64,000 nt of DNA from contig WELA01000930.1 of NCBI GenBank assembly GCA_009602735.1, positions 1 through 64,000 of the forward strand. Direction: 5' to 3'. This stretch comes from Mesotaenium endlicherianum. Lineage: Eukaryota. Positions 1 to 9,103 of this stretch are shown here, piece after piece. Each line of letters starts with the position of its first letter. The first letter of the stretch is position 1. Position numbers and translations under genes: made by a program. The notes under the pieces were generated by a model. It worked only from the letters and a program-made list of their open reading frames with translations. It was not told the origin of the DNA and did not search any database.

Positions 1-77
1 AGCAAGCGTAGCGCGCCGAGGGACCTCCTCAAAGCTGCAGCAGGTCCTTCGACTCACTGCGTTCGCTCAGGATGACG
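1..77. repeat. Truncated palindromic REP-like element (CGTC-tagged type)
   Basis: Ends in GCTCAGGATGACG (reverse complement CGTCATCCTGAGC). Internal pairing GAGGGACCT...AGGTCCTTC. The left arm runs off the window. Confidence 0.6.
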
Positions 78-78
78 C

Positions 79-111
79 AAAAAAAAGTCTGACTAATTAA
101 TAGCCAGACTT
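79..111 (-). terminator. Rho-independent terminator of the RRM gene
   Basis: AAGTCTGACTA/TAGCCAGACTT hairpin with an A-run on the + strand (U-tract on the - strand). Confidence 0.75.
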
Positions 112-136
112 AAAATGTAGTGTCAGTTATTGGGAA

Positions 137-532
137 TTAATACCTGTTGTATCCACCACCATTGCCGCCACGATCGCGGTTGTATCCGCCACCGCCGCCA
201 CGGCTTCCGCCGCCGCCATAACCGCCACGGCTTCCACCACCGCCGCCACCAAAGCTTTTCTTTTTAAAGCCGCCTCTCTCGCCTTCAGGACGAGGAGTAG
301 ATTCGTTTACAACGATCTTGCGACCCAGCACTTCTGTATCGTGCAGTCCGCTGATCGCGCTACGCGCAGCTTCATCATCCGCCATTTCAACAAAACCAAA
401 ACCTTTGCTACGGTCGTTGTTGAATTTGTCAGTAACAATCTTAGCGCTTGTTACTTCTCCATAAGGCGCAAAAAGATTTTGCAGGTCTTCGCTGGTCATG
501 TTCCAGTTCAGGTTTCCAACGTAAATGTTCAT
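137..532 (-). CDS. RRM (RNP-1) RNA-binding protein with Gly/Arg-rich tail
   Basis: MNIYVGNL (RNP2), SKGFGFVEM (RNP1), GGGGSRGG tail. Start moved to the ATG at 532. Confidence 0.93.
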   Translation of the reverse strand: MNIYVGNLNWNMTSEDLQNLFAPYGEVTSAKIVTDKFNNDRSKGFGFVEMADDEAARSAISGLHDTEVLGRKIVVNESTPRPEGERGGFKKKSFGGGGGGSRGGYGGGGSRGGGGGYNRDRGGNGGGYNRY

Positions 533-703
533 GTTTGAAAAAAAAATTAAGTGATCAAAAACCAATGAAAAACCAGTAACCAAGAACCCTGAAACATTTA
601 CGTAAAAACGTTCTGAGACATGGAAGAACTGTCATTGGACTCCCGAAGGTAGTGTTTTTATGGAAAAAGCAACTTTTTTTTCGTCAGGCTATTTTTTACC
701 CAC

Positions 704-736
704 AAAAAAGCCCCGCCAGCATGACCGGCAGGGCTT
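704..736 (-). terminator. Terminator of the rpsF-rpsR-rplI operon
   Basis: AAGCCCCGCCAG/CCGGCAGGGCTT stem next to an A6 run. Confidence 0.7.
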
Positions 737-768
737 GAATTTCAATGTCAAAACAGTGAAATGAGCTT

Positions 769-1215
769 TTATTCGCCCACCACCTCAAAATCGATCTCGG
801 TAACCTGTCCGTTGCCGAAGTCAATAGTAGCTTTGTAAGCGCCCAATTCCTTCACCTCACCTACAATAGAGATACGCTTGCGGTCGATCTCGTAACCTTT
901 CTGGTCACGAATAGCACGTGCGATCTGCAGAGAGGTAACAGTACCGAAGATCTTGCCGCTGGTACCGGTTTTAGCGCCAATTTTCACAGGGGCTGCCTTC
1001 AATACCTCGATCACTTTGTTGATCTCAGCCAGCATAATAGCTTCTTTCTTGGCTTTTACCTTCAGGCGCTCTTCGAGCTGCTTCAGGTTGGAAGGGTTGG
1101 CTTCTACCGCAAATTTCCCGGGAATGAGGAAGTTACGGGCATATCCATTCTTTACTGTTACCAGTTCATTACGGCCGCCCAGGTTGTCCACATCCTGAAT
1201 TAAGATTACTTGCAT
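769..1215 (-). CDS. rplI: 50S ribosomal protein L9
   Basis: MQVILIQDVDNLG...VKNGYARNFLIP; follows rpsR. Confidence 0.97.
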   Translation of the reverse strand: MQVILIQDVDNLGGRNELVTVKNGYARNFLIPGKFAVEANPSNLKQLEERLKVKAKKEAIMLAEINKVIEVLKAAPVKIGAKTGTSGKIFGTVTSLQIARAIRDQKGYEIDRKRISIVGEVKELGAYKATIDFGNGQVTEIDFEVVGE

Positions 1216-1266
1216 GATTGATTGTTTAGTTCCCAAGAGCCCAGTCTTTATGATAAACTGTCCTCA

Positions 1267-1294
1267 GTCCACCTACGCCAAGGCTACGGCGGAC
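1267..1294. repeat. Short palindromic REP-like element between rpsR and rplI
   Basis: GTCCACCTACGCCAAGGCTACGGCGGAC, an imperfect hairpin with GTCC/GGAC ends. Confidence 0.45.
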
Positions 1295-1320
1295 AAGTTA
1301 GGGAAGGTTACTAATAAAGT

Positions 1321-1584
1321 TTATTTCAACAGATCAGTTACATAAGGAAGCAGTGCCATCTGACGGGCTTTCTTCACTGCGTCACTTACTTTACGCTGGT
1401 ACTTCAAAGAGTTACCGGAGAGACGGCGGGGCAACAATTTACCCTGCTCGTTCACGAATTTCTTCAGGAACTCGATGTCTTTGTAATCAACGTATTTGAT
1501 GCCGTATTTTTTGAAGCGGCAGAATTTCTTCTTGGGCTTCTCCTGCTTGATCGCGGTCAGGTATTTAATCTCGTTCTTTGCCAT
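1321..1584 (-). CDS. rpsR: 30S ribosomal protein S18
   Basis: [24 protein letters not shown]...[10 protein letters not shown]. Confidence 0.97.
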   Translation of the reverse strand: MAKNEIKYLTAIKQEKPKKKFCRFKKYGIKYVDYKDIEFLKKFVNEQGKLLPRRLSGNSLKYQRKVSDAVKKARQMALLPYVTDLLK

Positions 1585-1586
1585 GA

Positions 1587-1940
1587 TTAAGCCTCCGTTT
1601 TTTCAGTTACAGCAAATCCGCCATTTCTTTTCTTGTCGTTGTACTCGACGGCGTATTTATCGAGTCGGGTTACCATGTGGCGCATGATCTGCTCATCGCG
1701 CAACATTTGAATTTTCAACTTTTCGTTGAGTTCAGAAGGAGCTGTGTACTCCAGTACCCAATAGATGCCAGTGGTTTTTTTCTGGATCGGGTAAGCCAGT
1801 GATTTCAAACCCCAGGGAGCGCTGTGCACTGTTGCACCGCCATTCTCAGCGATGAAATCAGCGTACTTTTTCTGAGAAGCTTTGAAATCTTCTTCAGACA
1901 GTACCGGAGTAAAAATCACCATCAATTCGTAATGGTTCAT
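1587..1940 (-). CDS. rpsF: 30S ribosomal protein S6
   Basis: YELMVIFTP...[12 protein letters not shown]. Confidence 0.97.
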   Translation of the reverse strand: MNHYELMVIFTPVLSEEDFKASQKKYADFIAENGGATVHSAPWGLKSLAYPIQKKTTGIYWVLEYTAPSELNEKLKIQMLRDEQIMRHMVTRLDKYAVEYNDKKRNGGFAVTEKTEA

Positions 1941-2023
1941 TACCTGAATTTTTAGTTTATAATTTGGTTTTTCCCAGTGGATCCCGCCAGGGCGGGAAAT
2001 CTGCCAAAACAGATTTGGGGCTG

Positions 2024-2031
2024 CAAAAGTA
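2024..2031 (-). promoter_or_regulatory. Bacteroidota sigmaA -7 box for the rpsF operon
   Basis: TACTTTTG on the - strand, an exact TAnnTTTG match. Confidence 0.7.
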
Positions 2032-2039
2032 GGAAAAAC

Positions 2040-3068
2040 TTATGAATTCTTCAAGAGTACTATAAACACAGGAAAATGATCGCTATACCCCGCCTGGTAG
2101 CTGTTCCCCTCCCAGGTTCTGAGGGGATAGCCCTTGTACCTGCCGCTTTTCTGCATCATATACGGTTTGATGTGTATGTGTTGCCGGTAAAAGAACAACC
2201 CCTCCTTTCGGCGCAACCAGGAAGGGGTAAGCAGGATCTGGTCGAACAAACCCCAGCTATCGCGGTGCGCCAGGGTGCCGATCCCTTTCCGGTAAAGCGC
2301 CAACCAGGGATTGTACAGTTCATCCGGCGCCAATTTCCGGGGATCCCCCCTGGCCTTCAGTACATCCACTACACTTTTATTGTCGGGATTATCGTTCAGA
2401 TCACCCATGACCAATATCCTGGCGGCCGGATCAGCTTGCCGGATTAAGGCAAAATGAGCACGACAGGTGGCGGCTGTAGCTTCCCGGGCAGGAGAGCTCC
2501 GGGCTTCGCCACCACGCCGGCTCGGCCAGTGATTGACATAAATATGCACAGTTTCCCCGTCGAGCAAACCCCTGACATATAAAATATCGCGTGTGAAAAC
2601 AGCATCCTTGCTTTTGCCCGGCAGCGTCACTTGCAACGGGATGCTTTCCTGTGGTTTGAAATATTTCGGCTGGTACAACAAAGCCACATCCACTCCGCGG
2701 CTGTCTCTTGAATCGTAATGGATGAAACGATACTGCCGTTGCTTTAGCAAACTGTGATTTACCAGGTCTTGCAATACGGTATCGTTCTCTATTTCGGCAA
2801 CACCCAGTAACGCAACGCCATCGGGAGAATAATCCGTTCCTATTTCCCGGATCACCGTTGCCAACCTGGTGAGTTTATCGGTATAGATCTTCCCATTGTA
2901 TCTTTTATCACCTGACGGTGTGAACTCATCATCGTTCACAATGGGATTGTCAACCGTATCGTATAGGTTTTCCAGGTTGTAAAACCCCGCAATGTAAACC
3001 CTGTATCTATTCAATTGCACAGCAGCGCAACAAAACAACAAGCAAAAGCAAAGAATGATTTTCAACAC
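2040..3068 (-). CDS. Secreted endonuclease/exonuclease/phosphatase (EEP) family protein
   Basis: Signal peptide; FYNLENLYD, VAEIEN, NHWPSR, MGDLND, FDQI and YSDHFPV motifs. Confidence 0.88.
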   Translation of the reverse strand: MLKIILCFCLLFCCAAVQLNRYRVYIAGFYNLENLYDTVDNPIVNDDEFTPSGDKRYNGKIYTDKLTRLATVIREIGTDYSPDGVALLGVAEIENDTVLQDLVNHSLLKQRQYRFIHYDSRDSRGVDVALLYQPKYFKPQESIPLQVTLPGKSKDAVFTRDILYVRGLLDGETVHIYVNHWPSRRGGEARSSPAREATAATCRAHFALIRQADPAARILVMGDLNDNPDNKSVVDVLKARGDPRKLAPDELYNPWLALYRKGIGTLAHRDSWGLFDQILLTPSWLRRKEGLFFYRQHIHIKPYMMQKSGRYKGYPLRTWEGNSYQAGYSDHFPVFIVLLKNS

Positions 3069-3186
3069 GTTTGTTTTTTCAATAAAACTATTTCCTGCAT
3101 GGCGACTGACATTAAGTAGTTACCGCAAATTTTTCCAGTACCAGTCTGGCCGTAGTCAGTGCACTCATTTTTGAATATCAAAATCA

Positions 3187-5736
3187 ATGCACCTTATGCT
3201 GAAATATTTGCTCTTCCTGGCCGCTTGCCTGTTATGGGGGAACCTGCGGGCTCAAAAAAAACCTGTGGATACACTGGGCATGATGTCTGTACAAGTGAAT
3301 GACGCAGATGCCATGCCTGTGCTGTTGATGGATGAAACGGAGGGTAAACAATCCGGACCTTCATATATGGCTCCATTGCTTACCGCTGCGCGGGATCCTT
3401 TCTATGCAGCGGCAACTTTTCAATTCAGTGCATTCCGCTTTCGCATCCGGGGTTATGAAGGACATTATTTTCAAACCACTATTAACGGATTATCCATGAA
3501 CACTCTTGAAGATGGAAATACGCCCTGGTCGCTATGGAGTGGACTAAACGATGTATTTCGAAATGCCGAAGTAGTAGCAGGTTTACGCAACAGTGACCAT
3601 GTATTTGGTGGTATCGGAGGCTCGCTTGCAATGAATATACGAGCTGCCAGCCAGCGCCGGCGAATGCAGTTCAGTTATGGCATGTCCAACCGCAGCTACA
3701 CACACCGTTGGATGTTCACTTATCATAGCGGTATGCAAAAAAACGGATGGGCTTTTTCTTTTAGTGGCAGCAGGCGATGGGCAGATGAGGGGCATGCACC
3801 CGGAAGTTTTTATGATGGATGGAGCTATTTTATGGGCATCGATAAAAAACTCAGCGAACATCAATCACTCTCGCTGTCTTTTTTCGGTTCCCCTTTGCAA
3901 TATGGCAGGCAAGCTGCCATATTGATGGAATCCATAGCGCTCCTGGGAACAACCAGGTATAATCCTTATTGGGGTTACCAGGGCAGCCGGAAAAGGAATG
4001 CCAATACCAGCATAGCCCACCAGCCTGTGTTATTGCTTACACATGAGATGAAATTGAACCATCACATCAACTGGTTGAATTCTTTTGCATGGATAAGCGG
4101 ATGCCGCAGCAGCACGGGACTTGATTGGTACAAAGCGGCCGATCCAAGGCCAGATTATTATCGTTACCTGCCTTCTTTCCAATCAGATTCATCGCTGCGT
4201 GTGCTTACGGCCGATGCCATCAGGGAGCAAGTATCCCTCCAGCAGATCAACTGGGAAAAATTATACCAGGCAAACAGGGAGTCTGTTGAAACGATCTCTG
4301 ATGTCAATGGCGTAACGGGAAGGAATGTACAGGGACTACGATCGCGTTATATCATCGAAGAAAGGATGAATGCCCAGCAGCGGATACATTTCAGCAGTTT
4401 ACTAGCAATGGAAGCCAGTGAACGTCTTATGTTGAAAGGGGGGATACAGCTCCAATACCAGGCACAGCATCATTACAAAAAATTGAATGACCTGCTGGGC
4501 GGTGAGTTTTATGTGAACTGGAACCAGTTTGCAGAAAGAGATGCGATACAGAATGCCGATGCTATTCAGTACGATCTGGATCAACCCAACCGGATCATCA
4601 GGAAAGGAGATGTGTTTGGATATGATTACAGTTTATTCAGCCGTTCGGGAACTGCATGGATGCAAGCATCTTTTACCGGAAATAAGATCGATGGTTTTGC
4701 TGCTGTATCGCTTACGCATACTGCTTACCAGCGCGAAGGACATGTACGCAATGGGTTATTTCCCGGCGCCTCCTTTGGCAAATCTGATCTTGTTACATTC
4801 AATACCCATGCTGTAAAAGCCGGGTGTACTTATAAGCTGGACGGGCGGCGGTATTTCTTTCTGCATGCAGCATTACTTACCAGGGCGCCGCTTGCTGCCG
4901 ACTTGTTTATTTCACCGCGCACCAGGGATACCAGGCAGGATGTACCGGTCAATGAACAAGTGCAATCAGCCGAGGCAGGCTATGCATGGAATACACCACT
5001 TATCAGGTTCAGGCTAACAAGTTATATCACACGGTCACAAAACGGACTCGACCTTCTTTCATTTTACCACGATGAATACAAAAGCTTTGTGAACTATGCC
5101 ATCAACAACATCGGCAAACTATACTACGGTGTTGAAATCGGAGGAGAAGCACAACTAAATACGAATTGGTCATTGGCTATTGCGGTCTCATTGGGGCGGC
5201 ATTATTATAACAGCCGGCAACAGGTATCAGTGAGCCTGGACAATGATGATTATATAGTGGCCAAAGAAGAAATATACATCCGGAATTTCCGATTGCCCGG
5301 ATCGCCGCAGGAAGCGTATCACACGGAACTGCGTTATCAGTCGTCCCGCTCTTTCTTTTTTAACCTGGCTGCCAATTACAGCAGGCAGCGATGGCTCGAC
5401 ATGAACCCGTTTCGCAGAACCTATACTGCGTTGCAGGGCATAACGGAACAAAGTGAACAATGGAACAAGATCATTGGCCAGACTGTGTTGCCACCCGCAT
5501 TGATCATGAACCTGTTTACTGGTAAGTCATGGTTGCTGCGCACAGCACAAAAAGGCAAATACAGAACATTACAGGGGTATATCAGTGTCAGCAACCTGCT
5601 CAACCAAGTTTTTATAACGGGAGGATATGAACAACTCCGGTTCGATATGACAGAGAAGGATGCGGACAGGTTCCCGCCCAAATTTTATTTCAACCAGGGT
5701 GTTCTTTTTTCAGCAGGACTCAGTTTTCGTCTCTAA
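3187..5736 (+). CDS. Outer-membrane TonB-dependent receptor-like beta-barrel
   Basis: Signal peptide; plug-like FRIRGY...INGLSMN...WSGLND segment; amphipathic strands; C-terminal GLSFRL. Confidence 0.75.
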   Translation: MHLMLKYLLFLAACLLWGNLRAQKKPVDTLGMMSVQVNDADAMPVLLMDETEGKQSGPSYMAPLLTAARDPFYAAATFQFSAFRFRIRGYEGHYFQTTINGLSMNTLEDGNTPWSLWSGLNDVFRNAEVVAGLRNSDHVFGGIGGSLAMNIRAASQRRRMQFSYGMSNRSYTHRWMFTYHSGMQKNGWAFSFSGSRRWADEGHAPGSFYDGWSYFMGIDKKLSEHQSLSLSFFGSPLQYGRQAAILMESIALLGTTRYNPYWGYQGSRKRNANTSIAHQPVLLLTHEMKLNHHINWLNSFAWISGCRSSTGLDWYKAADPRPDYYRYLPSFQSDSSLRVLTADAIREQVSLQQINWEKLYQANRESVETISDVNGVTGRNVQGLRSRYIIEERMNAQQRIHFSSLLAMEASERLMLKGGIQLQYQAQHHYKKLNDLLGGEFYVNWNQFAERDAIQNADAIQYDLDQPNRIIRKGDVFGYDYSLFSRSGTAWMQASFTGNKIDGFAAVSLTHTAYQREGHVRNGLFPGASFGKSDLVTFNTHAVKAGCTYKLDGRRYFFLHAALLTRAPLAADLFISPRTRDTRQDVPVNEQVQSAEAGYAWNTPLIRFRLTSYITRSQNGLDLLSFYHDEYKSFVNYAINNIGKLYYGVEIGGEAQLNTNWSLAIAVSLGRHYYNSRQQVSVSLDNDDYIVAKEEIYIRNFRLPGSPQEAYHTELRYQSSRSFFFNLAANYSRQRWLDMNPFRRTYTALQGITEQSEQWNKIIGQTVLPPALIMNLFTGKSWLLRTAQKGKYRTLQGYISVSNLLNQVFITGGYEQLRFDMTEKDADRFPPKFYFNQGVLFSAGLSFRL

Positions 5737-5750
5737 CTAAAAATAATTGT

Positions 5751-7103
5751 ATGAAAAACCCTTACCATCAATTGACAGGTACAACATTGTTGTTGGCTCC
5801 CATGGTGCTGTTGGTGATCTTCTGTAATAAAAAATGGGATGAACCATCCGGGTTTACCGGGCCGCAGATCAGTGTTACCATGACCATCAAAGAACTGCGT
5901 GAACTGCATGCGCCAGGAGGTTTTGAGCAAATTACTTCCGAACAGGTCATTGCAGGAATTGTAGTGGCAGACGACAGCAAGGATAATTTTTATAAATCTG
6001 TGGTGATACAGGATAGCACTGCGGGAATAACCATCAAAATGGATGGGTACTCTTTGTACAACACTTTTCCCGAAGGCAGTAAACTGTTCATCAGGTTACG
6101 CGGCCTCTGGCTGGGTGAGTATGGGAAAATGTTGCAATTGGGTGGTAGTGTTAACCGTAAAAATCCCACTTCCCCGGAGCTGGGCGGAATTCCGCAGGCA
6201 TTATTCAGCAGGTATTTGGTAAGAGGCCAACTGCAACAGACGGTAACGCCTAAAACGGTGCGGATAGATGAACTGTCCGATGCATGGCAAAGTCAGCTCA
6301 TACGGCTCGAGCAGGTAGAATTTGCTGCATCAGATACTGGGAGACCTTATGCAGATGTGTTGAATAAACAGCCTGTTAACCATGTACTCAAAGCTTGCGG
6401 TGGCGGAAGCATTTATGTGCGGACCAGCCCCTATGCCAAATTTGCCGCCTTACATACACCCAGGGGCAATGGGAGTATCACAGGAATTTACACCGTGTAT
6501 AAAACCGAAAAGCAATTGCTCATCAGGGATACGGGTGATGTGCAAATGAATGAGCTCCGTTGTACTGGAAACGGAACACGCACACTGTTGAGTGAAAATT
6601 TTGGATCACAGGTTGCAGATACTGTTGTGCAACTGCCAGGATGGAAACAGATAACGGAAGCGGGCGACAAAAAATTCATAGCGAAAAAAACCGGAGGAAA
6701 AACCTATGCCGAATTATCGGCCTTCGCCACCGGCCAACCGCAGGTAACCACCTGGTTGATCAGTCCGCCCCTGAATTTCAGCAGCAGTTCCAATGAACAG
6801 CTACAATTCAAAACAAGGGATGGCTACGATAACGGAGCTACGCTGCAAGTATTGGCCTCTACCAATTACGATGGGGGAAATAGTCCCTGGAAAGCTAAAT
6901 GGACCGTACTTTCTGCCCAGGTTGCCAAAGGGTCTGTTACAAACATAGCTGCCAATTGGGTCAGTTCGGGAAACATCAGTCTGCGCAGCTACCGGGGACA
7001 GGTATATATTGCTTTCCGGTACGAAGGTGCCGATCCGCCACAGACGGCCCTTAAAAGGACTACCTTGTTCCAACTCAGCGATATTACCGTTGTGGGAAAC
7101 TAA
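5751..7103 (+). CDS. DUF5689-like OB-fold lipoprotein with C-terminal beta-sandwich (choice-of-anchor J-like)
   Basis: Lipobox-like VIFC; GIVVADD...NFYKSVVIQDSTAGI; WLISP...YIAFRY. Confidence 0.7.
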   Translation: MKNPYHQLTGTTLLLAPMVLLVIFCNKKWDEPSGFTGPQISVTMTIKELRELHAPGGFEQITSEQVIAGIVVADDSKDNFYKSVVIQDSTAGITIKMDGYSLYNTFPEGSKLFIRLRGLWLGEYGKMLQLGGSVNRKNPTSPELGGIPQALFSRYLVRGQLQQTVTPKTVRIDELSDAWQSQLIRLEQVEFAASDTGRPYADVLNKQPVNHVLKACGGGSIYVRTSPYAKFAALHTPRGNGSITGIYTVYKTEKQLLIRDTGDVQMNELRCTGNGTRTLLSENFGSQVADTVVQLPGWKQITEAGDKKFIAKKTGGKTYAELSAFATGQPQVTTWLISPPLNFSSSSNEQLQFKTRDGYDNGATLQVLASTNYDGGNSPWKAKWTVLSAQVAKGSVTNIAANWVSSGNISLRSYRGQVYIAFRYEGADPPQTALKRTTLFQLSDITVVGN

Positions 7104-7166
7104 TGTCATCCTGTCAGCATAGCCTTTTTGGTATTTTCTTTGTTCATTTGCACCGAAAAAACTGAT

Positions 7167-9005
7167 ATGCAAAAAGGCCAGATAAGGGTTCAGACGGAGA
7201 ATATCTTCCCGATCATTAAGAAATTCCTGTATAGTGACCATGAAATATTCCTGCGTGAACTGGTGAGTAATGCTGTGGATGCATCCCAGAAACTGAAAAC
7301 ATTGTCTTCCATCGGGGAGGCAAAAGGAGAACTGGGAGAACTGCGGATCGATGTGGTATTGGATGCCAAAGAAAAAACGCTCAGCATTATCGACCGTGGT
7401 GTGGGTATGACGGGCGAAGAAGTAGATAAATACATCAACCAGGTAGCTTTCAGCGGCGCTGAAGAGTTCGTGAATAAATACAAGGACGCTAATATTATTG
7501 GGCATTTCGGTTTGGGTTTCTACAGCGCCTTCATGGTGAGCGATAAAGTGGAAATCTATACCAAAAGTTTCAAGGAAGGCAGTGGTGTTTTCTGGAGCTG
7601 CGATGGAAGTCCCGAGTTTGAATTGTACAATGTAGATTACAACGAGCGCGGCACCAAGATCGTGCTGCATATCAATGAGGAAAGCGCGGAGTTTCTTGAA
7701 GCCGGTCGTATCAAAGGCATACTGGAAAGGTTTTGTAAGTTCCTGCCCATCCCCATTTATTTTTCAGAAGCAGGTGAAAAGAAAGAAGGAGAAGAGAAAT
7801 CTATCAATAATACCGATCCCATCTGGATCAAAAAGCCTTCGGAACTGGCCAAGGAAGACTATGAAAAATTCTACAGGGAATTGTATCCTTTCGGTGAAAC
7901 GCCTTTATTCTGGATACACCTCAATGTAGATTATCCATTCAACCTTACCGGCGTATTGTATTTTCCCAAGATCAAGCAGAGCTACGAAATACAGAAAGAT
8001 AAAATACAACTCTATTGCAACCAGGTATTCGTTACAGATGAAGTAAAAGATATTGTTCCCGAATTCCTGATGTTACTGCATGGCGTGATTGATAGTCCGG
8101 ATATTCCGCTGAACGTGAGCCGCAGTTACCTGCAAGGCGATCCGAATGTGAAAAAGATCAATGCGCACATTACCAAGAAAGTGGCGGATAAGCTGGAAGA
8201 AATATTCCGCAACGAAAGAACATCTTTCGAAGAGAAATGGGAGAGCCTGGGATTGTTTGTGAAGTACGGTATGATGACCGATGATAAGTTCCTGGAAAAA
8301 GCGAGCAAATTCCTGGTAATGGAAGATGTTGACGGAAAGTTCTATACACTGGACGAATACAAAACGGCTACCGAAACCCTTCAGAAAAACAAAGAAGGTA
8401 AACAGATCATCTTGTATACGACCAACCCGGTTCAGCAGGATGCATACATACAGGCAGCCAAAGAAAAAGGATACCTGGTGGTGAAAATGGAAACCCTGGT
8501 GGATGCCGCTTTCATCAATAACATGGAGATGAAATGGGAAAATACCAGTTTCACACGAGTGGATGCAGATATCGTAGACAACCTGATTGACAAACAGGAG
8601 AGCAGCAATACCGTATTGAGCAAAGAAGAAGAAGAGCAATTGAAAACGTTGTTCACTTTACAAATTGCCGATCTGAATGTTACGACAGAAGTAAAGGGAC
8701 TGAGCACCAACAGCGCGCCTGTAGTGGCTACACGCCCTGAATTCATGCGCCGCATGAAAGATATGGCAGGTGTAGGCGGTGGCGGTATGACTGCGTTCTA
8801 TGCACAAATGCCCGATGAAGTGACCCTGACAGTGAATGGTAACCATCCTATTTACCAGAAGCTTTTGAAAGAAACCAATGCAGATATACAACAGAAACAA
8901 GTGAGAACCCTTGCCGACCTGGCATTGCTTTCGCAAGGATTGCTGAAAGGCAACGACCTTACCAGTTTCATCAACCGTAATGTGGAATTGATGCAAGGAA
9001 ATTAA
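7167..9005 (+). CDS. htpG: Molecular chaperone HtpG (Hsp90)
   Basis: LYSDHEIFLRELVSNAVDA, DRGVGM, GHFGLGFYSAFMV, IPLNVSRSYLQ. Start at the ATG at 7167. Confidence 0.97.
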   Translation: MQKGQIRVQTENIFPIIKKFLYSDHEIFLRELVSNAVDASQKLKTLSSIGEAKGELGELRIDVVLDAKEKTLSIIDRGVGMTGEEVDKYINQVAFSGAEEFVNKYKDANIIGHFGLGFYSAFMVSDKVEIYTKSFKEGSGVFWSCDGSPEFELYNVDYNERGTKIVLHINEESAEFLEAGRIKGILERFCKFLPIPIYFSEAGEKKEGEEKSINNTDPIWIKKPSELAKEDYEKFYRELYPFGETPLFWIHLNVDYPFNLTGVLYFPKIKQSYEIQKDKIQLYCNQVFVTDEVKDIVPEFLMLLHGVIDSPDIPLNVSRSYLQGDPNVKKINAHITKKVADKLEEIFRNERTSFEEKWESLGLFVKYGMMTDDKFLEKASKFLVMEDVDGKFYTLDEYKTATETLQKNKEGKQIILYTTNPVQQDAYIQAAKEKGYLVVKMETLVDAAFINNMEMKWENTSFTRVDADIVDNLIDKQESSNTVLSKEEEEQLKTLFTLQIADLNVTTEVKGLSTNSAPVVATRPEFMRRMKDMAGVGGGGMTAFYAQMPDEVTLTVNGNHPIYQKLLKETNADIQQKQVRTLADLALLSQGLLKGNDLTSFINRNVELMQGN

Positions 9006-9056
9006 TTGGCACTGTACAAATAGCTCAATATGCCAATGAGACGATGCAAAATAATG

Positions 9057-9089
9057 AAAGGCCGTTTACGAAAAGTAAGTGGCCTTTTT
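9057..9089 (+). terminator. htpG terminator
   Basis: AAAGGCC...GGCCTTTTT hairpin plus T-tract. Confidence 0.75.
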
Positions 9090-9103
9090 GTTAATTTCAA
9101 TTT

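Noticed and set aside
150..250. CCGCCACC-type repeats
   Set aside because: They simply encode the Gly-rich tail of the RRM protein on the minus strand.
6801..7670. 289-aa antisense ORF over htpG
   Set aside because: A shadow ORF of a conserved chaperone gene with no recognisable motifs.
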